Source: Barthelona sp. PAP020
Lineage: Eukaryota
NCBI GenBank assembly: GCA_040182905.1
Contig: JARQWU010000029.1
Span: 1-64,000, forward strand
Length of the DNA: 64,000 nucleotides
Reading direction: 5' to 3'
Shown here: positions 28,656 through 43,600 of the stretch, in pieces
Layout of the letters: the number at the start of each line of letters is the position of its first letter
Numbering within the stretch: position 1 is the first letter of the stretch
The notes under the pieces: generated by a model
What the model was told of the DNA's origin: nothing
What the model saw: the letters and a program-made list of their open reading frames with translations, nothing else
Database searches by the model: none
Position numbers and translations under genes: made by a program

Positions 28656-31600
28656 ATGATAATCTTTTTTAAAAGATTAATATTATTTCTTTTTTTAGCT
28701 ATTTTTTTCAAAAGAATTGAAAGCAAAGATTTTGATAATGTAATATTACATCCATGTGGTGGTTTATCAATTTATGGACCTCAATGTGAATTTAATTCCA
28801 CACACTGCTTAAATGGAATTGTCTTTCGAGGGGCATGTCAATGTTTTGATAATTATTATGGTACACATTGTGAATATGAGAAAAATAATGATTTAAAGAT
28901 TTATGATTCTGTGTTTATTAAAGGATATACGAATACTTCCACAATGAGTTTTGAAAAAATACCACAAAAATATCATGAAAATAAAGCAATGAAGTTCTTT
29001 TATAAAACTGAAAATTTTACGTGTTTTGCAATAGGTGAGATGTTTTATGTTGAATATTTTGTTGATAATATTTTTGTATGGAAAAAAGGTGTAGACATCA
29101 CCAATTTTGCCATTACAAATAATTCGATCATAACTGAAGTCTATTTTGAATATTTTGGAGCTTTAGTTGTTGTAAATGATTTTTTAATATTAGAATTGAG
29201 ATGGTTTGAGAATCAAAAAATATCTGTGGATCATGTTTTTAGTTTTCCTTCAATTTCTTCTTATTATGGAGTTCAGTACATCAAACAAATGTTGTATGTG
29301 ATTCCTTTTAGTGAGACAGGGTTTGAATTATTTATTTTGAGTTCAAGTGGAGATCTGTATTTTTGCTCATTAGATAGATCTGTTAAGCTGCTTGAAGCAC
29401 CTTTAAAAATACATGAGAGTCAAGAAATTAAAGGATTTTCTATAAGTTATGAGAATGATAAAGATAATCATTTGCTTGCATGGAATGATCATTATTTTGC
29501 TATATGTCCGAATATTTTTAATATATCAACATGTTCTTATGAACATTTTGCTAATCATGTGATTAAACAAGTTACAATTTTTGAAACAAATATTATTTTA
29601 AGGGTATTAAAGAATGACATAGTTACCTTGGTTTTTTTCAACACGATATATGACTTTGATTTTCCACATTCCGCAATTTTCGGAAAAACAGCTAGTGTAG
29701 GTGAATTGTTCGTCAGAAACAATCAATTATATTTCACTTCAACCTATGGACGTTTATTTATGATACTGTTGACCAATACTTCCACAAATACAAATCTTAA
29801 AATTAACAATTATTTCTTTGATTCATTAATTGAAATCAAATCCAACCAAACAACATGGGCTTTGCAAGCGGACTTTTCTCTACAATCACTAGTGAGAGAC
29901 ACCACTAAAGCGTTGCCAAAACTCTTCTTTTATGAGGCGCATTTTCCTGGACATCTGAAAATCAGGGAATTAAGCAAATTTCAAAGGCATCTGATTCTTA
30001 ACTCTAACATCACTGAATGGACAGTACCAATTAAAATTGAATGTCCTCAAGGACAGTCTTTTTCAAACATTTCTTATGCGTTATGTCGAGGTATTGATGA
30101 ATTCACTGGATATAAGCATCCATATGGATCTTTGGTTGAACGATGTCCTTATGGTTTTTATGCTTCGTCAAATAGAGAATGTTTACAATGTACTGGTACT
30201 TCTGATGATCCAAAAGCTTGTCCTCAATATAAATACAACCTTGAAACATTGGAAATTGAACAATGTGGTGTGAATTCAACTTTACCTTGTGTAACTTGTG
30301 AATACCCTTTGGTTTTAGATTTGTTTAACAGAAAATGTATGTTTATGCGTCCAATTAATAGGACAGAACAACCTATCATCGACTATTTTGGACAGGTTGT
30401 TTCTAATGACACTATAGTTTCCATGAGACTATCTATTGTTGATGGGGAAATCAAAAAATTTCTCCCTACACCTTATGAAATCAGTGAATTAGCATATAAT
30501 GAGTATTTTGATGATTTTGGGAATGTTTTAACTTGTTCAGGACGATTGGTAAGATATTTTGGACGTATATGCGGTCATATATGTTCAAATTCTTCAAGAT
30601 TTGGCAATAAATGTCAATATTCTCAAGATTCATGTGTTGGTGGAATTGTAAGGAACGGAAGATGTATTTGTAACAAGGGAATGTATGGGCAATTTTGTGA
30701 TATTATGAAACCTACATTTGAATATGCTTATAATATCAAAACCATGATTGATTTGAATGATGATCGTTTGGGGTTTGGTGTTACTGCTTTTGAAAATATC
30801 TATTCCATGGCATATTCAGGCTTTTCGGAAAGTGCCTTGCAAATATACCTTTTATATGGTTATATTGAGTTCTATATTACTCCTGGAAGTGATGATTATG
30901 ATATTGATACAGAATTTGGTTTTATGGGTTATGGGGGTATTGATCAATCCAAATATAGCATTAACTCAGACAAAATGAGCAGTTTTTATTTTAGTTACTT
31001 TTATCCTGGAAGTATGCATCCAAATGTACCCATATTTTCTCATGGTGATACGCTAATGATATTATCCAATTATAGTGGAAATGAATATCATTTCTTTCGA
31101 GAAGTTCAAGATGCTGATGGGTTTTTCATTGAAAAAGTTGATGCCTGGACTTGGGGGAACATTTATGAATCACCTATTGAGATGAAACGAGCAGGAGCGT
31201 CTGTAATTGTTGTCACAAATGCTTCTTCTGTATATTTATATTATTCTGGAAGTTGGCATCGGACAGTATGGGATGAAACCCCATACTTTGGATATTTTGC
31301 TCAGAGTAACAGCATATTTTTGTTCAAATCGTTAGCAAAAGAACTTATTTTTTTCAATGGATATTGGATGAATACCATAACTGGTGTGCCTGATGTGTTA
31401 TCCACTAATATGCTGCATATTTCCAAAATTCTGATAGATGGGGACGATTTTTTCACACTCAGTGAAGAGAAAGGTGTTTGTCGATTTAATTCTATTGAGA
31501 GTCATGTTATGTGTTACGATATTTCAAAATATGTGGGGTATTCTCAGATAGTATCTGATTTTGAGTTATTATCTGGTTCAATCGTTATTACAACCACTGA

Positions 31601-34600
31601 TTCAATGGTAATTGTTCTCAATTATGATGGTGTGATGCAACATTTGGTTGAACTTGTGAATTCGTACATTGTGGGCATTTTCAACGGTTCTTTAGAATTT
31701 ATTTCGCAATGTTATGATGATGCAGAGCCTGCTGTTGAAAACGGTAATGATCATTTTAGTTGTGTTGCTTTGATGGATCCTGATACTTTAGAAAGTCACT
31801 TTGATGATTCTTTGATGTATTCTTCCGGTGGCATTCAATTTGATGCAATGGGTTGGTCTTACACAGATTTAGTTGACCTATTAATACCTAACACTTTACG
31901 ATTACAATACGGTTACCATTGCGATTTTGACGGCAAGTATTTTTATCAAAGTCCTGTGCATGTTTATAACAATGAAAGTTTTATTGGTTATCAGTTCACT
32001 TTTGTCACACCATATAGCATTTTTTATGGATGTCTTGGAGCAGCAGAAGTTGTTCTTCCTTCGATGTTTTCTTATTGTCAAATCATGCCTCTAAATCAAT
32101 ATATTTCTGATACAACCGCGCCATTCACCTTTTCTAAAGTTGAAGATGGTCATCGACGTGATTTGAATAGTATTAACACTTTAATTCAATGTCAAGATCA
32201 ATTTACGTATTGTCTTGATGGTTTATCTAGAAATTGCTCAATTGGTTACAAAGCAGATGCAGATTCTCACAGCAATTGTGTTGTTTGTGATGATGGTGAT
32301 TTTTGTGCTTTTAACTCATCATATTCAAGTACTTCTGACAAGTTTTGGATTGATGAATTCAATACCACTGTATACCCTCTGACGAATCGTAAATTTAGAA
32401 ATTCAAGTGGTGATTTTCTTTGTGCATTTGGTTTTGAAGCAAATGAGGATGGAACTGCTTGTGAGGCATGTATCAATAGTACATGTGCACAAGGTTATTC
32501 TGTTGAATCACCACCATTTTATAAAATTGGATCGATTGAACCATGTGATGTAAATGAAGCTTGTTTTGGAACACATGAACAATACTTGACTAGTGATGAG
32601 TATTTTAACGGTGTTAATATTTTTACATGTCCCTACAACACTTATCATGGAGGTGATATGTATTCAATTGAATGTCATCCTTGTGAAATCGGAAAAATTG
32701 TTGTTGATAACAGGTGCCTTTATGTTTCATATAAAGCTTCTTTGTATCCGCCATTGATTAACGACGTTACTGTGGCTGATAACCATTTTTTAATACTTAA
32801 CGAAACGAGTACTTTACATCCTGATAATATGGATGTGTTTTTTGATGAATCAACAAACTTCGAAATCACAGTCAATCCTGACAACTATAATGTCGGAGAT
32901 ACAACAGGAACTGATATTGATTCATTAGCCACTGATTATTCAGTGGATATCTTTGATGTATGTCCAACTAATACGTGGGGACCTGAATGTGAATATACTC
33001 ATCAGCAATGTGTTCATGGTAAAGTCATTCTAGGGCAGTGCTATTGTCATGAGGAATTTATTGGAAGTTTTTGTGAGTCAAAGAATCTTTTTAAGTCCTT
33101 TAAAGCTTTTAAATCTTTTTATAACAGTGAATTACCGATGACTATTCCATTTTTGAATGATTTTGATGTGTCTCTTCGTGAATGTAGCGTAAATAATAGT
33201 TTGAACATAATTTCGGCAACTTTAGACATGGTATATGATGCCGATACTAATTCACTAAGGTTTTATTATGGCGTTAATAAGAATATTGTACAAATAGCTC
33301 CGTTATACATTGCAAATTTCACATATGGTGAACTGTTTGTCAGTTCTGAATTTGATGTTCAAATCACCAATAATCGGACATTTGGCGCATTAACTGTTGC
33401 AACAAACGAGTCAGTTTTTGTTGCACATTTTAAATTTGATAATTCTTTCGTCTACATCACTGAAATCAATCTCCTTTCATGTGGTTTGCCTCAAGTTACA
33501 ATGAATGTTAGAAACATTCTGTTAATGGACAATTACATGGTGTTATTTATGTCTGATGAAGCTATTTATCAAATGTATACAAATACATCATATTGCATTG
33601 CCGCTTTAATGGGTATAAACAATCGTTTTATTGCAGAAGATTTTGATAGAACTCCCAGTAACATCAGTTATTTAAATCGCCAGCTCAATTATGTCAAACA
33701 CTTTGACACCAACACACTTATGGCAGTGGCCAATTATGCTGTTGTAACTTACAACATAGTGGAAAAGAAATATCATCGTTTTGTTATGGAAGATGTTTTG
33801 TTTTGTCATCAACAGTGTTCAACTTTTTCCTTCATGTGGTATAATCCCATTCAAGGGACTGCATCCTATTATTGTGATAGTGTTCCTTATTACATGAATT
33901 TTAAGGGTGTCGATGTTAAAAATGCATGCACAAGCAAAGACACTTTTGATTTACCTGTAATTTTTCCCTTATGGAAGACTTATGACCGTAAGACCCAAAA
34001 AATTAAGGATATTGCGTTTTCGATCAATTTTAACCAAGAATTCTTTTGGATTTTGTCAAACGGAAGAGTCATATCTTCAAAGGATTTGCCTTTCTTTGAA
34101 ACTAAAGATAATTCAAGGGATTATGCTTCAAATCAAGAATTTAAAGCTTTTTTCCATGTTAAGTATTTGAAATTCTTTGAAAATCCTTTTGTCTATTCCC
34201 CAATCAGTGTTTCTTGTCCACCTAATACTCAATTGAATTTGACCAGTTACCCTTATGCTCGGAATGGTTATTCAAACTATTCAAGTGAGAGTTTATTGTT
34301 TAACAGTCTTTGTTCTCCTGTTATTGACGATGGTAATGTAACATCATTGTTTGGAACGCGAGTATCTAAAAATGAATGTTTTGATGTTCGTGGGTCAAGT
34401 TACAGTGATGGATTTGGTGAATACTGTTATTTACCTTATGAAGGTGTTGACCATTTCATTAATTCAGTTAAAACTATTGATTCTTATCATTTAAAGAAAG
34501 TGAATTTTAGTTTGATTGAAATTGAGGCAAATAGTACAGAAGGAACATTGAATCTAAATAATTTCTCTTGTCCAAATGGATTTTCGGCTCATAAAAACCG

Positions 34601-37600
34601 AAGAGAATGTTTATTCTGTGATCCAACTGAAGTGTGTTTTTCAGGACGTGTTTACTCAATCAATAATTTCATTGAAACTTTTGGTCTGACTTTACCTACC
34701 ACTCACAGTTTAGTGAATGGAAAAATCGTGTTAAATTATAGTGCGACCATCTGTGGACCTTATGAAGAATATCGAAATGGTGAATGCTCGAAGGCGTTGA
34801 AAACTAGTTTCCCAGGAACTGGACCTTATGGGCTGTACAACTCGAACTTTTGCTCTAATGGTTATGCAGTTGGTAAAAGGTGTGAATGTTTTGCAGGATG
34901 GACTGGTATCAGATGTGATTTACATGTTTCTGAAGCTGATTTCAGATTGTTCAATTCAAAGTTATTCCTTGATTATGGAATCATCAGTGAAGGTAATAGC
35001 AGTGATTCACATTCTGAAACATACACTTTCTCATCGAAAGGGTTGCTGATAGACGATTATTTGATTGAAAATTGTTTTGAACCTGTTCGTTTGGATGAAT
35101 CTGTTTGGTGTATGGATCTCGATTATCTCTTCAACCCTGCTGAACCTACAAATGGAATTATTCGTTCTTTTAAGTTTATTTTTCAAGGAAACAACATGAC
35201 TATTGTTGTTTTGAGTGATGGATCTGGATTTTTGTTGAATGCTTCTAAATATTTTGAGATATTACAACATGTTCCCCTACCACCAATTACGAATGGTAAG
35301 TGTCAGATTTTTGATGCATTTATGGATTTTAATTCTAAGGATGTTATTAATTTTTTGATGGTTTGTACCACTGAAGATGAAGTTTCTAGTCTCTATCATG
35401 CTAATATCACCCTTGGTGACATTGGTTCGATAAAGTTTGATGCAATTAACGATGGTCCGTACAAATATCAATACCTATTTAATAAATACAACAATGTTAA
35501 CAAGATGTATCATAGAATATCATCAAAAGGAACAATTTTTGCTAATGGGACTATTCATTTTAAGGACAGTGATTGGAAAATTGATTTGTCTGCCAAAAAC
35601 CTAATTCCGGTGGCTTTATATGATAGTGACAGTTTGGTCATTGTTACTCCATTGTGTGACATCGGGAAATATTATAGTATGAGTTATATGATGTGTACAA
35701 CTCCCAATAGTGGTTATAACGTCAGTAGATCAAGATTTGATTATGTGAACGAAGCAGGTACAGACTTAGAAATGTTACAAGGAGGTGTAAATAATGCAAA
35801 CGTCTTTTATGATGTGTGTGATGGTACTAAAAGTCATACATACGTAAACCATCATAAAAGAACATGTCCTGGGTTTCTTCAGACTGGAGAGAAATGTCCT
35901 GATGGTCATGTATGCTTGAACGGACATTCATTCTACTGTGGTGACTATTATCTGTATGCTAATACAGTGACACAACGTTGTGAAATATGTCCTCTTGGAA
36001 AAGCATGTTACAAAGGGGTAATTCATAAAGATTTCTCACCTTTGAAAACAATAGGTCAATATATTCTGCCTTCTGATTATTACAATGGTTATAGATGTGC
36101 CAATGGGTCTATTCCTTTCAATCATCATTGTTTACCTTGGGGTAACCATACGTATGTAATATATCCCAATCATTTGGATTTTTCTTCACCTTTGGAATGG
36201 AAACAGGTGTCAGGTGAAACGAAATTGATAGGTATCAATGGGGACATGATGTTATTTGAAACTGCATTCAAATGGCACTCTGTTGTTGATGGAATGTTAT
36301 ACAACTGTGAAAATGGCTTCTATTTAAATTCATCAAGACAATGTGAAGAAACGGCTCCATATATGGGGACTTACAATGTTAGATCAACACTGAAGGCAGG
36401 AGAAAGCTGTTCATCTGGAACTTATTGGAATGGAATGATTTGTTCCAGTTATTTACCAATGAATAGTATGGGTTACAGTCGTATTTCATATTGGGATGAC
36501 TATTATTTTGGTTCAAATACTGATGGTTACAAATGGTTGAATGGTGAATTGATTGAATGTGCTTCAAATGAAGTTTGTTTTGATGATGTTGTACATTTTT
36601 GTCCTGAAGGAATGACGGGTAAATATGATTTGAGAAAATGCATATTAGAATGTGAATTTGGATGGGTTTATAATTCAATCACCGAAGAATGTGAAGAAAA
36701 GTGCCCTCAAACAGATCCTCATTATAAAAATTCTTATGATCCTATTTTAGATGTTTGTGTTCTTCGGAATCAAACAGTTGGTTGGTATTATTTGGATGGA
36801 TATGGATGGAAGCCTTGTGAAATTGGTTATGCTTGTCCAGGTTATGAATTTGAACCAATAAAATGTGATGAAGACAGTGTTATTAATGCTGTTGGTGATG
36901 CTTGTATTTCTTTTACTGATATATTAAACAAAGATAAAGAATCAACCTGTGATACGACTAGTTCTAAAGGGTTTGTTTTTGATTCAAGCTTTTTTTACCA
37001 CAATCTAAAGTTTTTTAATAATAGTAAAGCTAAAGTTATGGGTGTTAGTAGCAATGGACGTTTGACTGCTATTTCATTGAGAATATATGATGGTTGTGTT
37101 GAAGAAGGATGTGGATGTCGTGTGGCTGTGTTTGGCGAAAATTTAGAAACACCAATCTGGATGGTAGAGAACAACTTGGATGGTATGTGTGATCGAATGA
37201 TCTTGAATGATAAGACATTTGGTATTAACATAAAGATCAGTGATAAATATCTTGTGAGTGCAAATGGAACACAAGCGAAGATTTATGATGTTGCTACTTG
37301 GCCTTTTGTTGAGTTGCAGTTTGATAAAGCTCTGCTTCCATTTTTCAGCATCAATATTGATGATGATACAAATATGTTAGCTATTGGAACACAAATTTTT
37401 GTAAAGAGTGATCCCATCACGTTTTCATACGTTAATGCAGTTGATCGATCACTTTGGTGTTATTTAGGTGGATTCAACTGTTCATTTGCTCTTAAAAAAA
37501 ATCTTTTTATTGTGGGTAATCCAAAGAACGAGAATTACGAAGGTACTGTACATGTTTTTCGAGTTTATTTGGCTACCAACACTATTTTTAAATTAGCTAG

Positions 37601-40600
37601 TCTTTCATATACGGATAGTTTCAATGAAGTGATCAATTGTGAGTCTAATTCAAGATTTGGTGTATCTGTTGATATTGCTGAGGATTATTCGATTGTTGTG
37701 GGTTCTAAATATGAGATTCTAATCTATAATTACGCTGGATCAAACGTTTGGACATTTAATCAATCTTTAGTGGATAATTTTGCCTGCGAACACACTTTTG
37801 AAAATCGTGTTGTCAAGTTGTCTTCAGATGGTTCATTCTTAACTTCACATCTCACATACATTGACAATGATGGACTTTTTAATACACATTTCCTCATATT
37901 TATTGAGAGTAACAAGTGGTATCAGCTTATGTACACGAATATCACACAATTCTCTGAAGATATTTATGTTCAACAATACTTCATTGATTCTCAAATAATG
38001 GATATTTCTAATCATACAATAAGCTTTGTTAATTACGCTAAATCAAGGATAGACAGATATATGATTAATTGTACGTCTTGTGAACATTATGAGAGGTTTG
38101 AACAGGTTGTTGGTGAAGTGTATTGTGTTCCAAAGACACAATATGCACTGCCCTGTGTTGAAATGAATACTTATTACAATGCCAGCTCATATATGTGTGT
38201 TCCATGTGTTCATGTTGATGTTATTTTGGACAAGTGTATAATGAGTATCCCCCTGGGATATTATTATGTAGATGGTGTTGGAATAAAGATTTGTCCTATT
38301 GGTTTTGCATGTCCCGGAAACAACGAACCAATAATCAAGTGTCAAATTGGTGAAATTCTGAACAGCAACGGATCGTTGTGTATGAATTCTTCTCTTGCGT
38401 TTGAGAATTATGTTGAAGAAGGACATTGTATTGGTGGTTTTAGTCATAAGTATGCGGAAATTGAGGATCCTTATGCTTATTTTAATGGGCAGGGAACAGT
38501 TGAAAAGCTTCATGTTGTTTCAAATACAAATCTTACACTTATTGTATTGAGAATAACTGATTGTGTTCAAGATGCAGAATATTGTGGACTTTATTGGGTC
38601 GTTTATGGACGTAATGATACAATTCCTGTTTGGAGTCTTGAAATTAGTGGAGATTCTGATAGTCTTGTAAATGTAACGATGTCAGATGATTATATTTTTG
38701 CTGCTTTCAATAAATCTGATTTTAGGATTTATAAAATTGCTGATTTATCGTTTTCTCTCATCATTTCTTTTGTCCCAACACCTGCTGAAGTTTACACAAC
38801 GATGTATGAAGACACATACAGATTGATTTCAACTGATGGCAACTTCTTCATAATCAATAATCTGGTGTATTATCTGATTGCTGACACATATTTTAGTGCT
38901 GTGAAGGAACTAAAAGTTACTGCAGTTGATTGGAGTTTGAGTGATGTTGTAGTGAAGAATGGTATTGTTTTTCTCTCTCGAACATACAAGGATGGTGATA
39001 ACCTATTACATGAGCTAGATATGTATGACCTGAACAGTTATTTTACTGTCACTTATTTTATTGGCATATCAAAAGTGATTGAACACTCTTTTGATAACTT
39101 CTTATTGGAAGATTCATTTGAAAGGGCTATAGGTCTTGATTATGATTCTAATACTGGTTTAGTTGCATATGGCACAAGGGATAACATTTATGTGTACAGT
39201 TTCAATAATTTTACCTATGAGTATAGTTTATTAATAGCCTTCAAGGATAATTTAATGGAAGCAATTGATCGAAGCATTAAAATAAGAAATGAAAGTCTTA
39301 TTGTTAGTAGTGTCGGTTACAATTCTTCCGGTCATTATGTTGCGAGCGTTCAACTATTTTTTGATAGTTCCAAACGGACTGATGGTAGTGGTACGTTCCA
39401 ATTACAATTTATTGACGTTTTTGATACAACCACAAGCTATTTGTCTGTGGCTATTTCTGATGATGTGGTAAGGGTCGTTTCAAACAAACACACTAAAATT
39501 TTAACATATATCATGGAATGTCAAAACTGTGATAGTCCTCTGATGATCAATGCCAATTACTATAGCATGTGGTCATATGACTCGTTATATGACTACTGTA
39601 AAATGTCATCTCGATATTTCCTTCCATGTAGCAACGGAACGTTTTATAATGCCAGCAGCTATGCATGTGAAACATGTTATGATCAAGGTATTCAATGTAT
39701 CAATGGAGGTCGAGTGTTTGAATGTCCTTTTAATGAATGGAGTTTAGATGCTATCAATTGTATTGAGGCCATATGTCCAAATGGAAGTAGATTTGACAAT
39801 GACTTAAAAGATTGTGTTGAATGTTCGAATCCTCATCAAATATGCGTTTCAGGAACTGTCATTGAATGTGGAATTGATGAAATCACCAATAATTATATTG
39901 ACTGTGTAAGTTGTGGCTGGAACAGTTTATACAATAGCTTTTTACAAGCTTGTGAATATGCTTATGCACCTGTTGGTCAATATTACATTGGCAATACCAG
40001 TTATGGAGGAGTTGCTACCTGTTTACCCAATCATTCTTGTGCCGGTGGAATCAATTCTCCTGTTGAGTGTCTAAAGGGTGAAATTGTTGATTTTGCAGGT
40101 GGTAGTTGCATTTCTCTTGAATTTGAAGGATTAACAGGAGAAGAATTTTGTGAAAATGGATATTTCCCATCACAGCCATATGACCCTCTCAAAAATTGTT
40201 CTTGTTATTTTGGGATGTTTAGAGGCTTCAATTTAATGAATGTTAATGGTACATACAAAAACTTGACTGAAATCAACAATGATGGGAGCAGTTATTTCTT
40301 CAATGTTGCTTTCAATAAGAACTCTACAATATATCATAATCCCAATGACAATGAATCATATATCAGTCTGTTAGGCTTAAACCAGAAGATTCCTCTGTTT
40401 AGGGAACCAATAGCAAGTGAAAAGTTTGTGATGTTGTCTGCATCCAATAGATATGCCTTTGCATTCTATTTTAAAGAAAGCAGTTTGAAATTGGATGTGT
40501 TTAGAATAGATTATTTTGATAAGAAGTTTGTATCTCAAACATTTAAGACCACACCATCATTAAATATGTATTCATCGATTGAATTAGGTGATGATTTGTT

Positions 40601-43600
40601 GTATGTTGATGGGGTGTTCTATGTAGCCACAGAGACAGATGTTTTAGAAAAGGTTGCTGTCATTAACAATTTTTGTTCAGCATTAGACCTGGTAAGTGTT
40701 GGATTTAATGAAAATTATGTGATTATTGGATGTGCATCAGAGTTAGTCAATGAACGAGAACGAGGCGTAGTGAAAATAATTGATTGGACAATCGAATGGA
40801 AGGTTGTTAAGACATTGACCAACATAAACGTCACTTTCCCTGATAGTTCTTATATCTCTTCAGTAAAAATGAACTTAAATTTTGGTGTTAGTGTTGATTT
40901 GGATATCCAAATGAAAATAGTTGCAATAGCATCTTATCATTTCACATACGTCTACAGTTTCGATTCTATTGACGGTTCTTATGAACTTATGAGAGTCAAA
41001 GAACATATTGTTTTTACTCAAAAATTTGGCGAATCAACATGCAATAGAATTGTCAAGATTGCAAATCAAACAATCTTAAGTGGATTTTGGCTAAAATATA
41101 CCGATGACAAATATCTTGGTGATGGTGGATTCGAATTATTTGCTGAAATTAATTTGAAATGGGTCAATGTTTTTGATATCATGAAAAGTAACGTTTGGTA
41201 CAATGTTTTACGCTTATCTTCAGATGGTAGAGCATTTATGGGAACGATACAAACTGATGATACTGTTAATGTGAAGCCAGTTATGGTTGGAGATACATGT
41301 TCGAATAAATGTTTTGGTGAACTAATTTACAATGCCACGTCTAATCAATGTGTCATTGATCCCAATTTGGTCACATGTGATCCAGGCTATTACAGTGATT
41401 TTGATCGGTGTATTCGTTGTATTGGCCCTGTATATTGTGTAGACAACATACAATTGCCCTGTCCTAATGGAACCACACCTTCTATTGATAGAACAACGTG
41501 TGTTGCCTGTCCAACAGATAAATATTGTGTTGAAAACAGTTTCCCCAAACAATGTCCCTATAATACCATTCCTTCCCCTTCCACAAATGCATCTGAATGT
41601 GTAAAATGTGGTTCTGGATATCACGGTGATGGTATGAAATGCGTTGAATGTTCTTATCCTTATGTATGTCCTAATGGAATTCAAGAAAAATGTCCTTTTG
41701 GAAAAAAGCCTCTAAATTCTTCTCATTGTACCGCATGTGTGTTGCCTGAACAGTGTCCTGATGGAATCGTCAAATATTGTCTTCCAGGCAAATACGCTGT
41801 TTCAAATACGCTGTGTGATTATTGTCCTGTACTTCACATGTGTTTAGGTGGTAACAATATGCCCATAGAATGCAACTACAACCAAATTGTTGCTACTAAT
41901 AATCAATCGTGTTTAGATTGCGGGTCCGACAGTTATTGTGTTGACGGTGTTTCAACACGTTGTGATCCTGGTCAAATGCCTGATGAAACCCATTCTAAAT
42001 GTGTTCCTTGTACTTCTACAATGGTTTGTCCACATGGTATTGCAAAATCTTGTTCTGACGGTACTTTACCCAATGCTGGTAACACTTTTTGTGAACCGTG
42101 CACTTTAGGAATGGTTTGTTCTGAAGGAATTTCCAAATATTGTGACGATGGATTCATGCCAAATGCAGATCAAACCGCATGCATTGCTTGTGAAGAAAAA
42201 ATGATTTGCTTGAGTGGTTCAGTATATAGCTGTCCATCTAGATTTACTCCCAATGAACTTCAAACTGCTTGTGTTGATTGTTCACTTGATAAGGTTTGTC
42301 CAAATGGTTATGAAGAAACATGCTCTCCAGGAATGATGCCAGATAAATCATCTACCGAATGCGTCCCATGTGAAGAAGGATATATATGTGAATATGGTTA
42401 TGCAGATGTATGTCCTACTGCTTTTCAACCTTCTGTTGATAAACTAAGTTGTGTTACTTGTGAAGATGGGTATATTTGTCCACAAGGTGACAAAGTCAGT
42501 TGTGATGCAGGTGAATATGCATATTTAAGCAGTGTTTGTAAGCCTTGTCCTGCTGAAAACTATTGTGAAAATGGATTGATCAAAACTTGTGAACCTGGAC
42601 TTCAACCCAATTCTGTTAATACTGGATGTGAAACGTGTGAAATTGGGTATTCATGTCCAAATGGAAGTAAAATACAATGTTCTACTGGTACAATGCCTGA
42701 TACTTCTCAAACACTTTGTATTGATTGTGCTGAGGGAAAGGCATGTCCAAGTGGTGTGCCTATCACATGTCCAGGGGGATATGCACCCAGTTCTAATCAT
42801 TCATTGTGTATTTCTTGTCCCAGTGGTTTTGTTTGTCCTTCAGGTGTCAAAGAAGTTTGTGGTAATGGTTACAGACCAGCAGAAGACAGAATTAACTGTG
42901 AAGAAATTACGATGAATTGTCCTGATGGGCAAATTCCTGATACCACATTTTCGTCTTGTATTTCATGTCCTTTGAACAGAATTTGTTCAGGTAATGTGGC
43001 ATATCTTTGTGATTCAGGCAAGCAACCAAATGTTCTTCAAACCGAATGCGTTGAATGTGATTTCAATCATGTTTGTCCTTATGGTTTTTCGACATATTGT
43101 TCACCCGGAATGTATGACCTTGAGGATAACATTAATTGCGATCCTTGTCTATCCAATAAGGTATGTCCGAACGGATATATTGAAACTTGTGTTGATGGCT
43201 TCATGCCTGACGATTATAACTTGGCTTGTATAAATTGTACAGTTGGTCACATTTGTATTGATGGTGTGGCTTCTCGTTGTTCAGGTACAACTGTTCCGAA
43301 CAGCTTAAGGACTGAATGTCTTGAGTGTCCGAACAATAACATTTGCCAAAATGGTATTTCTAAAGAATGTTCAACCAATATGGTGCCAAATGATGAGTTA
43401 GATACCTGTGTTCCTTGTGGTGATTGTGTTTTTAGATTCAACCCAGTTGTTCTTCCTCGAGCTTTGAATAATCGAACCATTGAAATTGTTCTCTTGAAGA
43501 ATGTTACCATCACACAGGATGTCATTTTGACTATTCCAAAGTTCAATCTTCAGTTAATTTCTTCATCAAACTATAGTAATACCTTTGTTTTTGAATTACC

